IMG/VR virus record: IMGVR_UViG_3300020151_001089
Location: 1 to 57,186 of that record
Direction: 5' to 3' (one strand)
Length of the DNA stretch: 57,186 nucleotides
Source of the DNA: a virus
Taxonomy: Duplodnaviria > Caudoviricetes
How positions within the stretch are numbered: position 1 is the first letter of the stretch; each line of letters begins with the position of its first letter. Under the pieces are notes generated by a model, which was not told the DNA's origin, ran no database searches, and saw only the letters and a program-made list of their open reading frames with translations. Position numbers and translations under genes: made by a program. Of the stretch, positions 1 through 7,803 are shown piece by piece.

Positions 1-1
1 A

Positions 2-514
<513 letters not shown>

Positions 515-539
515 TAACAACTGAATAACTGATATAATT

Positions 540-565
540 AAGAGGGTATAACAACCCTCTTTTTT
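540..565 (+). terminator. Intrinsic terminator after psbA
   Basis: AGAGGGT-ataaca-ACCCTCT hairpin followed by a T run. Confidence 0.8.
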
Positions 566-688
566 ATGTCTCATAATACTAACTACGAACCTATTCCTAA
601 CTGGGCAATCTGGGTAGGAATAGGTATAATGGTATTCACAATTCTTGTATTTCTCTTGTTCACTCTCGGAATAATATATTGGGGATGA
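566..688 (+). CDS. 40-aa single-TM microprotein (not in ORF track)
   Basis: MSHNTNYEPIPNWAIWVGIGIMVFTILVFLLFTLGIIYWG*; one long hydrophobic stretch; fills the psbA-psbD gap. Confidence 0.6.
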   Translation: MSHNTNYEPIPNWAIWVGIGIMVFTILVFLLFTLGIIYWG

Positions 689-701
689 GTAAAAACACTC
701 A

Positions 702-737
702 TTGACCTTTTTTGTTAAGTAATGTTAAGATAAATAT
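702..737 (+). promoter_or_regulatory. psbD promoter region: sigma70-like plus overlapping T4-type late promoter
   Basis: TTGACC(702-707)-18 nt-TAAGAT(726-731), overlapping GATAAATA; SD GGAGG before ATG 758. Confidence 0.6.
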
Positions 738-757
738 GAGAAATCACATAGGAGGCT

Positions 758-1819
758 ATGACTTCTTCTACACTTTCACAACCAATTTCACAAAGGGGAT
801 GGTTTGATGTACTCGACGATTGGATTAAGCGTGACCGCTTTGTTTTTGTTGGGTGGTCAGGTCTTCTTTTATTCCCTACTGCTTACTTGGCATTGGGTGG
901 TTGGCTTACAGGTACAACGTTTGCAACCTCCTGGTACACGCATGGCATTGCCTCGTCGTATCTTGAGGGATGTAATTTCCTTACTGCTGCTGTTTCAACT
1001 CCTGCAGACGCTCTCGGACATTCCTTACTTCTACTCTGGGGTCCAGAAGCTCAGGGCGATTTCGTCCGCTGGATCCAACTTGGGGGACTATGGACTTTTG
1101 TGGCACTCCACGGAGCCTTCAGTCTTATAGGATTTATGCTTCGCCAGTTTGAGATTGCTCGCCTTGTAGGCATTCGTCCTTACAATGCAATCGCATTCTC
1201 TGGTCCTATTGCAGTCTTTGTTTCAGTATTTTTAATGTATCCATTGGGACAATCAAGTTGGTTCTTTGCACCTTCATTTGGTGTTGCTGCTATCTTCAGG
1301 TTCCTTTTGTTCCTTCAGGGTTTCCACAACTGGACCCTCAATCCCTTCCATATGATGGGAGTTGCTGGTATACTAGGAGGTGCTCTACTCTGTGCTATTC
1401 ATGGTGCAACGGTTGAAAACACCCTCTTCGAAGATGGGGACAAAGCAAATACCTTCAAAGCCTTTGAACCTACCCAAGAAGAGGAAACTTATTCAATGGT
1501 TACAGCGAATAGGTTCTGGTCTCAAATTTTTGGTATCGCTTTTAGTAATAAGCGTTGGCTCCATTTCTTTATGTTGTTTGTACCTGTTATGGGTCTCTGG
1601 ACATCTAGTATTGGAATTATTGGGTTGGCTCTTAACCTTCGAGCATACGATTTCGTCTCACAGGAAATCCGTGCAGCAGAAGATCCAGAATTTGAAACGT
1701 TCTACACGAAAAATATCCTTCTAAACGAAGGTCTTCGTGCTTGGATGGCACCCACAGATCAACCTCATGAGAACTTCGTGTTCCCTGAGGAAGTTTTACC
1801 TCGTGGAAATGCACTCTAA
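758..1819 (+). CDS. psbD: Photosystem II D2 protein
   Basis: [23 protein letters not shown]...[16 protein letters not shown]...[10 protein letters not shown]; full length, 353 aa. Confidence 0.99.
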   Translation: MTSSTLSQPISQRGWFDVLDDWIKRDRFVFVGWSGLLLFPTAYLALGGWLTGTTFATSWYTHGIASSYLEGCNFLTAAVSTPADALGHSLLLLWGPEAQGDFVRWIQLGGLWTFVALHGAFSLIGFMLRQFEIARLVGIRPYNAIAFSGPIAVFVSVFLMYPLGQSSWFFAPSFGVAAIFRFLLFLQGFHNWTLNPFHMMGVAGILGGALLCAIHGATVENTLFEDGDKANTFKAFEPTQEEETYSMVTANRFWSQIFGIAFSNKRWLHFFMLFVPVMGLWTSSIGIIGLALNLRAYDFVSQEIRAAEDPEFETFYTKNILLNEGLRAWMAPTDQPHENFVFPEEVLPRGNAL

Positions 1820-1829
1820 AAAATAAATA

Positions 1830-1855
1830 AGGGAGTTCTATGAACTCCTTTTTTT
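1830..1855 (+). terminator. Intrinsic terminator after psbD
   Basis: GGAGTTC-tat-GAACTCC followed by a T run. Confidence 0.8.
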
Positions 1856-1904
1856 ATGTCTATAAGATGTATGGAAAATAAATATTCACAAGTCGCAAGT
1901 ACTT

Positions 1905-2276
1905 ATGAATATTCTCCAGTCGCCTCAAGACTACTTGTTTAATTTACAGACAACAAGTTCATCTGAAGCAAAACGATTATGGAGAAAACATATAAAAGAA
2001 AGTTGGAATCATAAATGTGCTTACTGTAACTCAGAAGAAAATCTAACCTTAGATCATGTTGTTCCTCAATCAAAAGGTGGTTTGGATGTTACAAGAAATG
2101 TGGTATGCTGCTGTCATTCTTGTAATCAATCTAAAGGACATGAGTATTGGAAGTTGTGGTACGTCCAACAAGACTTTTATAATGAAGATAGATTGAATAA
2201 AATAGAAGACTGGATGAAACCTCCAGCACCAACAAATATGTATAGTTATCGTCCAAGGAGGAATAATGCATCATGA
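1905..2276 (+). CDS. Free-standing HNH endonuclease
   Basis: CAYC...LTLDHVVPQSKGG...N..CCCHSCNQSKG; late-promoter-like AATAAATA at 1877-1884. Confidence 0.9.
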   Translation: MNILQSPQDYLFNLQTTSSSEAKRLWRKHIKESWNHKCAYCNSEENLTLDHVVPQSKGGLDVTRNVVCCCHSCNQSKGHEYWKLWYVQQDFYNEDRLNKIEDWMKPPAPTNMYSYRPRRNNAS

Positions 2277-2407
2277 TAAATTCGACAACTCCATATAAAC
2301 TTGCGGAGATTATTAGAGATACTTGGCCTGGTCTTTACAGACCTATCAAACCAGTGTATAATAATTCAAATACAGACAAATTAAATGATAAAAGAAACAT
2401 ACGGTAA
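2273..2407 (+). CDS. 44-aa hypothetical protein (not in ORF track)
   Basis: MINSTTPYKLAEIIRDTWPGLYRPIK...; ATGA overlap with the HNH stop codon. Confidence 0.55.
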   Translation: MINSTTPYKLAEIIRDTWPGLYRPIKPVYNNSNTDKLNDKRNIR

Positions 2408-2681
2408 TCAATTTCGTTCTGGTGAAAAAAATATTGACGATTTACATAAATCTTTAATTCAAGATCTTATGAGTAAATCTAAAGAAGAATATAAATTTAA
2501 TTATATTATAAAAGATGTTTTTGAAATAATGAGAAATTTGGGATGGTCTGGTGATGATACTTTTGAAGTTCAAGTAGATAAAACTTTACCAAGAGATGAG
2601 TTTATTGTAATTAAAAATAATAAACTTAGTCTTAAACAAAAATCACTACCACAAAGTGATTTGAAGGAAGTTAAAATTTAA
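2385..2681 (+). CDS. Hypothetical protein
   Basis: 98-aa ORF, colinear with its neighbours. Confidence 0.6.
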   Translation: MIKETYGNQFRSGEKNIDDLHKSLIQDLMSKSKEEYKFNYIIKDVFEIMRNLGWSGDDTFEVQVDKTLPRDEFIVIKNNKLSLKQKSLPQSDLKEVKI

Positions 2682-2713
2682 AATATATAATAAAATACTA
2701 ATTAAATTTAAAT

Positions 2714-2950
2714 ATGAAATTTACAGTTTATTCTAAAAATGGATGCCCATATTGCGAAAAAATCAAAGATGTGCTAAGGTTATCAAACCTAGAGCATGTC
2801 GTCTATGTTCTTGATGAGCATTTTACTAAAGATCAATTCTATCAAGAGTTTGGGATTGGATCTACTTTTCCTCAAGTCATTATGGACGACAAGCATTTAG
2901 GTGGATGTATTGACACCGTTAAGTATTTACAGGAGAATAAGATCATTTAA
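2714..2950 (+). CDS. Glutaredoxin (NrdC/Grx-like)
   Basis: YSKNGCPYC...TFPQV...HLGG; 78 aa. Confidence 0.92.
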   Translation: MKFTVYSKNGCPYCEKIKDVLRLSNLEHVVYVLDEHFTKDQFYQEFGIGSTFPQVIMDDKHLGGCIDTVKYLQENKII

Positions 2951-3309
2951 TGGAAGACGCACTTTTTGACATTTATTCTGATATTGAACGTGCAATAGAT
3001 CTTGCTTTTGAAGGAAGATTTGTTTTAAAGTTTTATGATTATTTGAAAATAAAAAGTGTTAGGAGGAGGGAAGTTGATGTCTTTATTGAAAGTATAACTG
3101 CAAATAACATTAATACTGTAGTTATGGACCTTGACGATTATCTAGAAGGTGGTTCTGATGAAATTCATAAACAACTTCGTGAAGCCTATGGGCATATTCC
3201 CAAACCTCAAGCAAGAAAAATTAGAAATTACCTTTATGGTATTTTAGAAGATGCTTGGAGATATAGTTATGATAAGAGACCAGGAAGGAGGAAAAAGGAA
3301 ACTAAATAA
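2950..3309 (+). CDS. Conserved cyanophage-type hypothetical protein
   Basis: 119 aa; start overlaps the glutaredoxin stop codon. Confidence 0.75.
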   Translation: MEDALFDIYSDIERAIDLAFEGRFVLKFYDYLKIKSVRRREVDVFIESITANNINTVVMDLDDYLEGGSDEIHKQLREAYGHIPKPQARKIRNYLYGILEDAWRYSYDKRPGRRKKETK

Positions 3310-3481
3310 TCAAGAACCCAATATCAATCGTGGGTTTGAATTGATGTTACGGCAACATAATAGGAGGGAGGAAAAACCACAACCAAAAACATTTCAAATA
3401 ATGTTTGGTAAAATGGTTTCTCTCTTCAAGCGAGAGTTCCATTTTTATTTTGAAATAAGTCTTGATATAAAGAAAAAGTAA
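3251..3481 (+). CDS. Hypothetical protein (start uncertain)
   Basis: Basic small ORF filling the gap to 3499. Confidence 0.55.
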   Translation: MLGDIVMIRDQEGGKRKLNNQEPNINRGFELMLRQHNRREEKPQPKTFQIMFGKMVSLFKREFHFYFEISLDIKKK

Positions 3482-3498
3482 CTCTCGGGAGAAACACG

Positions 3499-3726
3499 AT
3501 GTTAGCAGTAGCACTCACCTTAGGAACATTAATTTCTATCATGTTCTTTTTTGTAGGTGGCATTGTTGGATGGATGGCAAAACAATATGTAATTGAGAAA
3601 AATTACGTTGCCTATACTCATCCAGAAATGTTTGATGAAAATGGAAACGTAATTCCCGATGAAATTTTAGCAGTGAGATTTGAAAATGACTACGACTACG
3701 ACAACGAAGAAGAAGACGACGACTAA
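3499..3726 (+). CDS. Small membrane protein with acidic tail
   Basis: N-terminal TM helix, then HPEMFDENG...; SD GGGAG. Confidence 0.75.
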   Translation: MLAVALTLGTLISIMFFFVGGIVGWMAKQYVIEKNYVAYTHPEMFDENGNVIPDEILAVRFENDYDYDNEEEDDD

Positions 3727-4273
3727 GAAATCTTCTACAGATACTCAAGAAATTCAAGAACTTCAATCAAATCCTTTTCAGTATGAAATTTTGGATTTGG
3801 TTAATAAGCAAAGAAGTAATGCTGGTAAGGTTGAAGTTCTAAAAAAATATAGAAATGACGCCCTTGTTTCAATTTTAATTTGGAACTTTGATGAATCCAT
3901 TATTTCATTACTTCCACCTGGAGAAGTTCCATATGCTCGTGTAGATGAGCAATCTTCTCTTAATGATACTCTTTCTGGATCTATCGAAAAGGGTAACAAG
4001 GTTATGGGTAGAGCTGATGAATTTATCAGAGATAGGCATACCTCAATTCGCAATGAGTGGGAAAATTTTTATAACTACCTTCAAGGAGGAAATCCTTCAT
4101 TAAGTTCTCTTCGTAGAGAAACTATGTTTATTCAAATGCTTGAAGGGTTGCATCCACAAGAAGCAGAAATTATGGTACTTGTTAAAGATAAACTTCTTTC
4201 CAATAAATACAAACTTACACAAGAAATTGTTGGAGAAGCATATCCTGATATTCAATGGGGAGGTCGTTCTTGA
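3686..4273 (+). CDS. Conserved T4-like phage hypothetical protein
   Basis: LPPGEVPY...RRETMFIQMLEGLHPQEAE; probable ATG at 3686. Confidence 0.8.
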   Translation: MTTTTTTKKKTTTKKSSTDTQEIQELQSNPFQYEILDLVNKQRSNAGKVEVLKKYRNDALVSILIWNFDESIISLLPPGEVPYARVDEQSSLNDTLSGSIEKGNKVMGRADEFIRDRHTSIRNEWENFYNYLQGGNPSLSSLRRETMFIQMLEGLHPQEAEIMVLVKDKLLSNKYKLTQEIVGEAYPDIQWGGRS

Positions 4274-4530
4274 CAGTTCAATTTATTCACAAAAATTGTA
4301 ATCCTGATATGGCAAATGATAGAACTTTGCCATATACCGCATATTTGGTTGAATATGTGTGTGATGGAGATCTAACATATGATATTGTTAGTAGTCAAAA
4401 AAGAGTAGAAATTTTTGACTACTATTGGGACAAATATCGAGAAGATTTAAAATCGTTTAAACAAACTGAAGGAATGGTAAATCCTAAACTTTGGGGTCAA
4501 AAACCTAAGGAGGAAAAAAGAAAGAAATGA
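4270..4530 (+). CDS. Hypothetical protein
   Basis: TTG start preceded by GGAGGT; overlaps the upstream stop codon. Confidence 0.7.
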   Translation: MTVQFIHKNCNPDMANDRTLPYTAYLVEYVCDGDLTYDIVSSQKRVEIFDYYWDKYREDLKSFKQTEGMVNPKLWGQKPKEEKRKK

Positions 4531-4733
4531 GTTCTGGATTTGGTGCAGAAAAAATTAAAGATGGTAAAGCAGTAGTTGTTATTAATGATGATGAAGTTAA
4601 AAAACTTCTTAAAGAATATAAAAAGATTAAAAAATATATGAAATCATCTTTATATACAATTCAAACACTGGATGGTGTTGAAAATTCGGTTTCTAAATTA
4701 TTAGAAGAATACTCTGACACGGAGATTAAATAA
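4527..4733 (+). CDS. Hypothetical protein
   Basis: 68 aa; ATGA coupling; SD AAGGAGG upstream. Confidence 0.7.
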   Translation: MSSGFGAEKIKDGKAVVVINDDEVKKLLKEYKKIKKYMKSSLYTIQTLDGVENSVSKLLEEYSDTEIK

Positions 4734-4749
4734 ACTTAATTGTAGATAA

Positions 4750-5076
4750 ATGGGAAAACATTACTTACTTAACTTGTATGGATGCTCGTTTGTTCTTTTG
4801 GACGACGAGCGTTGCCTTATAGACTTATTAGAAAACGCAGCAGCAGCAAGTGGTGCTACTGTGGTTCAAACTATCTCTAAAAAGTTTGAACCACAGGGGG
4901 TAACTGTAATTTGTTTGCTTTCAGAAAGTCACATCTCAATCCATACTTGGCCTGAGGAAGGTAAAGCAGCAGTGGATGTATACACTTGTGGAGATTGCGA
5001 TCCTAAAATTGGTTGTGATATGATTATCGAACAACTTTTTGCTCAAAACCACACCCTAAGTTATATTGAGCGATAA
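4750..5076 (+). CDS. speD: S-adenosylmethionine decarboxylase proenzyme
   Basis: GKHYLLNLYGC...FEPQGVT...LSESHISIHTWPE...AAVDVYTCG (pyruvoyl cleavage motif ESH). Confidence 0.93.
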   Translation: MGKHYLLNLYGCSFVLLDDERCLIDLLENAAAASGATVVQTISKKFEPQGVTVICLLSESHISIHTWPEEGKAAVDVYTCGDCDPKIGCDMIIEQLFAQNHTLSYIER

Positions 5077-5104
5077 AATAAATACACTATATCTGGAGAA
5101 GTAT

Positions 5105-5422
5105 ATGCTGTCTACACAATATCGTCTACGTCTTGAAGCAATTTCTGATAAAATTGCTAAAGGTGAATCTGTAGAGTTAAGTGATATGATATGGGCAGAA
5201 AAACTTGCTAAAGCAAATCGATCTGCCGCAACAATTTTAAGGCAAGCAAGACGCCGTGCAGCAAATCCTGATATGCAGGAAGGTGGTCTTGATGATTTTA
5301 TGAATGCGTTAGACCTAGGAGATCCAGATCCATCAAATCATAGAACGGGATTTCAAAGTGTTGATGATATTATTGATTTCTTTACTAATGAAAAACCAGA
5401 TGATTGGAGACAGAGAGATTAA
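5105..5422 (+). CDS. Conserved cyanophage-type hypothetical protein
   Basis: MLSTQYRLRLE...DWRQRD; late promoter AATAAATA 5077-5084; SD GGAG. Confidence 0.75.
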   Translation: MLSTQYRLRLEAISDKIAKGESVELSDMIWAEKLAKANRSAATILRQARRRAANPDMQEGGLDDFMNALDLGDPDPSNHRTGFQSVDDIIDFFTNEKPDDWRQRD

Positions 5423-5426
5423 TATT

Positions 5427-5440
5427 GTATCTCATTATAC
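5427..5440 (+). promoter_or_regulatory. NtcA-box-like site (GTA-N8-TAC)
   Basis: GTA tctcatta TAC, 8 nt upstream of a -35 element. Confidence 0.55.
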
Positions 5441-5448
5441 CTAAGTAA

Positions 5449-5477
5449 TTGACTATATATCCTAACAGGTCTAAAAT
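5449..5477 (+). promoter_or_regulatory. sigma70-type promoter
   Basis: TTGACT-17 nt-TAAAAT; predicted TSS about 5484, at the first base of the RNA motif. Confidence 0.75.
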
Positions 5478-5484
5478 GACCTAA

Positions 5485-5528
5485 CGTTCATCTGGTTTGA
5501 CCAGACGGAAGTAAGCCGACTCGGAACG
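5485..5528 (+). ncRNA. Glutamine riboswitch-like aptamer 1 (glnA/Downstream-peptide class)
   Basis: CGTTC-A-[TCTGG tttga CCAGA]-CGGAAGTAAGCCGACTCG-GAACG; P1 CGTTC/GAACG, P2 hairpin, CGGAAGTA junction. Confidence 0.75.
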
Positions 5529-5531
5529 GGA

Positions 5532-5700
5532 CGTTCATCTATGGAAGCACTCATTCTTTCATGTTTACAGGCACAATTAATTGCTGGGAGAGTTAATAAA
5601 CAGGACATTCCCAAACAAATTAAGAATGATTTGATTTGGGAAGTTAAGCAGATTTCTCCAAAAGAGTGTAAACTAGACGCAAAAGCCGACTGAAGGAACG
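5532..5700 (+). ncRNA. Glutamine riboswitch-like aptamer 2, P2 loop expanded to hold an ORF
   Basis: CGTTC-A-TCTA...(132 nt)...TAGA-CGCAAAAGCCGACTGAAG-GAACG; shares AGCCGACT and GGAACG with aptamer 1. Confidence 0.65.
5541..5693 (+). CDS. 50-aa peptide encoded inside aptamer 2 (not in ORF track)
   Basis: MEALILSCLQAQLIAGRVNKQDIPKQIKNDLIWEVKQISPKECKLDAKAD*. Confidence 0.55.
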   Translation: MEALILSCLQAQLIAGRVNKQDIPKQIKNDLIWEVKQISPKECKLDAKAD

Positions 5701-5731
5701 CTCTTTAGCCTCAAAATTAAGGAGAAACCTA

Positions 5732-5890
5732 ATGTCTAAAGTTGTATATCGTGGTGTTGAATATGACACTACAGATCGCCCTAATCAAACGTTTAAGATT
5801 GAACCACATGTAGAAATTTATCGTGGATCTATGTTTTATGTTGATGAAAATGGAAACAAACTCCATATGGAAAAATCCAAAGAGGTGTGA
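5732..5890 (+). CDS. DUF4278-like 'downstream peptide' (two YRG motifs)
   Basis: MSKVVYRGVEYDT...EIYRGSMF; SD AAGGAG; directly 3' of the riboswitch-like RNA. Confidence 0.8.
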   Translation: MSKVVYRGVEYDTTDRPNQTFKIEPHVEIYRGSMFYVDENGNKLHMEKSKEV

Positions 5891-5891
5891 A

Positions 5892-5993
5892 ATGAATACT
5901 TACTTCGTTCGTTATCTTAAGAAAAAAGCAAAAAAAGAAAAACTTCTTAAAGATGCACAACTAAATATTGCAAAGCAACCACAAATTGCTTGA
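5892..5993 (+). CDS. 33-aa basic peptide
   Basis: MNTYFVRYLKKKAKKEKLLKDAQLNIAKQPQIA*; SD GAGGTG; followed by a terminator. Confidence 0.6.
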   Translation: MNTYFVRYLKKKAKKEKLLKDAQLNIAKQPQIA

Positions 5994-5997
5994 TATA

Positions 5998-6035
5998 AGA
6001 GGGGACTTGACTTCCCCTCTTTTTTTGTGTATACT
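5998..6035 (+). promoter_or_regulatory. Terminator hairpin carrying a -35 box (promoter-stem-loop element), copy 1
   Basis: AGAGGGGA-cTTGACt-TCCCCTCT plus T run; TTGACT-17-TATACT. Confidence 0.7.
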
Positions 6036-6060
6036 ATGCTAATACTATAATATTTTTACT

Positions 6061-6558
6061 ATGGCTTCTAAAACTCCTGGTTTGAAAGTTAAAGATTTGT
6101 ATGAAAAGTACCCGCATTTTGAAACTGAATTTCTTAAGATGTGGAGAAATATTATTAAAGAGGCACTTGCTGGACAGGTAGCAAGAACTCCAGATAGCAG
6201 AAGTTTGAGGGGCATTACAAATATTGTAAAAAATCATTGGCCTTATTTTACCAATATGGAAGCAATTAAAGTTACTGATATGATTTCCTCTAGATTTAAT
6301 AATCATAAACTTCTTCCTGATTGGGATGGATATAGAAAAAAACTTCCTAATATTTTCCCAGAATCTGTAATTGGTCAGTTGGTTTTTTCGGAAAATGAAG
6401 ATGGCACCTCAACTATTGTGGGCACTATTCCAGAACCATCTTCAGATGATATGTGTGTGATTATTATTCAAGGTAAAAAAATGAATGCTCAATTTACAGA
6501 TGTTCCTCAAGATACTGCATATTCTATTCTTTCAGAACTTTCAAAATCTCTAGCATAA
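6061..6558 (+). CDS. Hypothetical protein flanked by repeated promoter-stem-loops
   Basis: 165-aa ORF with its own promoter and terminator. Confidence 0.75.
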   Translation: MASKTPGLKVKDLYEKYPHFETEFLKMWRNIIKEALAGQVARTPDSRSLRGITNIVKNHWPYFTNMEAIKVTDMISSRFNNHKLLPDWDGYRKKLPNIFPESVIGQLVFSENEDGTSTIVGTIPEPSSDDMCVIIIQGKKMNAQFTDVPQDTAYSILSELSKSLA

Positions 6559-6562
6559 TATC

Positions 6563-6600
6563 AGGGGGGATTGACTTCCCCTCTTTTTTTATGCTATTAT
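6563..6600 (+). promoter_or_regulatory. Terminator hairpin carrying a -35 box, copy 2
   Basis: AGGGGGGA-TTGACt-TCCCCTCT plus T run; TTGACT-18-TATTAT. Confidence 0.7.
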
Positions 6601-6622
6601 TGGTAAGGTTAATGACCATAAT

Positions 6623-6799
6623 ATGAATATTGAAAGATTAAAATTACTAGTTGACAATCTAGAAGTTGTTTTAAATCAATTAAAATCTGAAATTTATGGT
6701 AATAGTGAGGGTATCAGTGATGATATTGGGGAAGAGTATTTAATGAAAGGTTTCTCTTCCCCAGATTTTGATTATGATGAAATTTTTGATGAAGAATAA
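6623..6799 (+). CDS. 58-aa acidic hypothetical protein (not in ORF track)
   Basis: MNIERLKLLVDNLEVVLNQLKSEIYG...DYDEIFDEE*. Confidence 0.65.
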   Translation: MNIERLKLLVDNLEVVLNQLKSEIYGNSEGISDDIGEEYLMKGFSSPDFDYDEIFDEE

Positions 6800-6818
6800 T
6801 ACTAAAATGAGGTATGAT

Positions 6819-7535
6819 ATGAAACCTATTGTTAAATTGATTGCTGTTACTCAAGGTGCAGGAGAACTTGCTGGAAAGTCTGCACAAGAAGTAATTACTT
6901 ACAATGCTCGTGTAAGTAATCCCAATAACCAACTTAAGTTTGATACTGCTTCTGGGCTTCTTAAGTATTGTATTAAACAAAACCACTGGTCTATCTTTGA
7001 GCAAGCAGATATGACCCTTGAGATTAATACTACTCGTGGTATCGCAGCTCAAGTGCTTCGACACCGTAGTTTTGTATATCAAGAATTCTCGCAACGGTAT
7101 GCAGATACAAAACTTCTGACCGAACTTCCTGAGGTTCCTGAACTTCGTAAGCAGGATGAAAAGAACCGTCAGAACTCAACTAATGATCTGGATGAGCATG
7201 TACGGGAAAAGTTTGAAGGAATGATTGAGCAGCACTTTGAAGAGGCACAACGTCTCTATGATAAGATGCTTGATCACGGTGTGGCAAAGGAATGTGCAAG
7301 GTTTGTATTGCCTTTGGCAACACAAACAAGAATTTACATGAAAGGATCTGTAAGGTCATGGATTCATTATATTGATCTTAGGTCTGCTCACGGTACTCAG
7401 AAGGAGCATATGGACATTGCAGAAGCAGCACGATGTGTCTTTATCTGTCAGTTCCCTGATATTGCTAAAGCACTTGGTTGGGAACCAGAAAATTGTCCAG
7501 AGTGTACTGATGCACCTTCTATTACTATTGAATAA
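6819..7535 (+). CDS. thyX: FAD-dependent thymidylate synthase
   Basis: HWSIFEQA...QVLRHRSFVYQEFSQRY (RHRx7S motif)...GVAKECARFVLP; probable ATG 6819 after GAGGT. Confidence 0.95.
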   Translation: MKPIVKLIAVTQGAGELAGKSAQEVITYNARVSNPNNQLKFDTASGLLKYCIKQNHWSIFEQADMTLEINTTRGIAAQVLRHRSFVYQEFSQRYADTKLLTELPEVPELRKQDEKNRQNSTNDLDEHVREKFEGMIEQHFEEAQRLYDKMLDHGVAKECARFVLPLATQTRIYMKGSVRSWIHYIDLRSAHGTQKEHMDIAEAARCVFICQFPDIAKALGWEPENCPECTDAPSITIE

Positions 7536-7560
7536 ATATTCTTACAATTTATGGTAACTT

Positions 7561-7803
7561 ATGGCGATTTATCCTATTGTTAATAATGAGACTGGGGAGC
7601 AAAAAATTATTGAAATGAGTGTTCATGAGATCACTCAATGGTATAAAGATAATCCAGAATGGACCAGAGATTGGTCTAAAGGATGTGCATCTTTTGGAGA
7701 AGTTGGTGAATGGAAAGACCAACTTGTTAAAAAACATCCTGGATGGAATGAAGTCCTTGATAAGGCATCTAAAGCTCCTAAGTCCCTTGTTAAAAAAATC
7801 TAA
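7561..7803 (+). CDS. Conserved cyanophage-type hypothetical protein
   Basis: 80 aa; late promoter AATAAATA at 7531-7538. Confidence 0.75.
   Translation: MAIYPIVNNETGEQKIIEMSVHEITQWYKDNPEWTRDWSKGCASFGEVGEWKDQLVKKHPGWNEVLDKASKAPKSLVKKI

Noticed and set aside
3686-3726. Short GACTAC/GAAGAA/GACGAC tandem repeats as a CRISPR or contingency locus
   Set aside because: Low-complexity coding overlap (DYDYDNEEEDDD in one frame, TTTTTTKKKTTT in another); no repeat-spacer structure
6034-7094. Minus-strand ORFs 6034-6306 and 6714-7094
   Set aside because: Antisense to better-supported plus-strand genes that have promoters and motifs (thyX)
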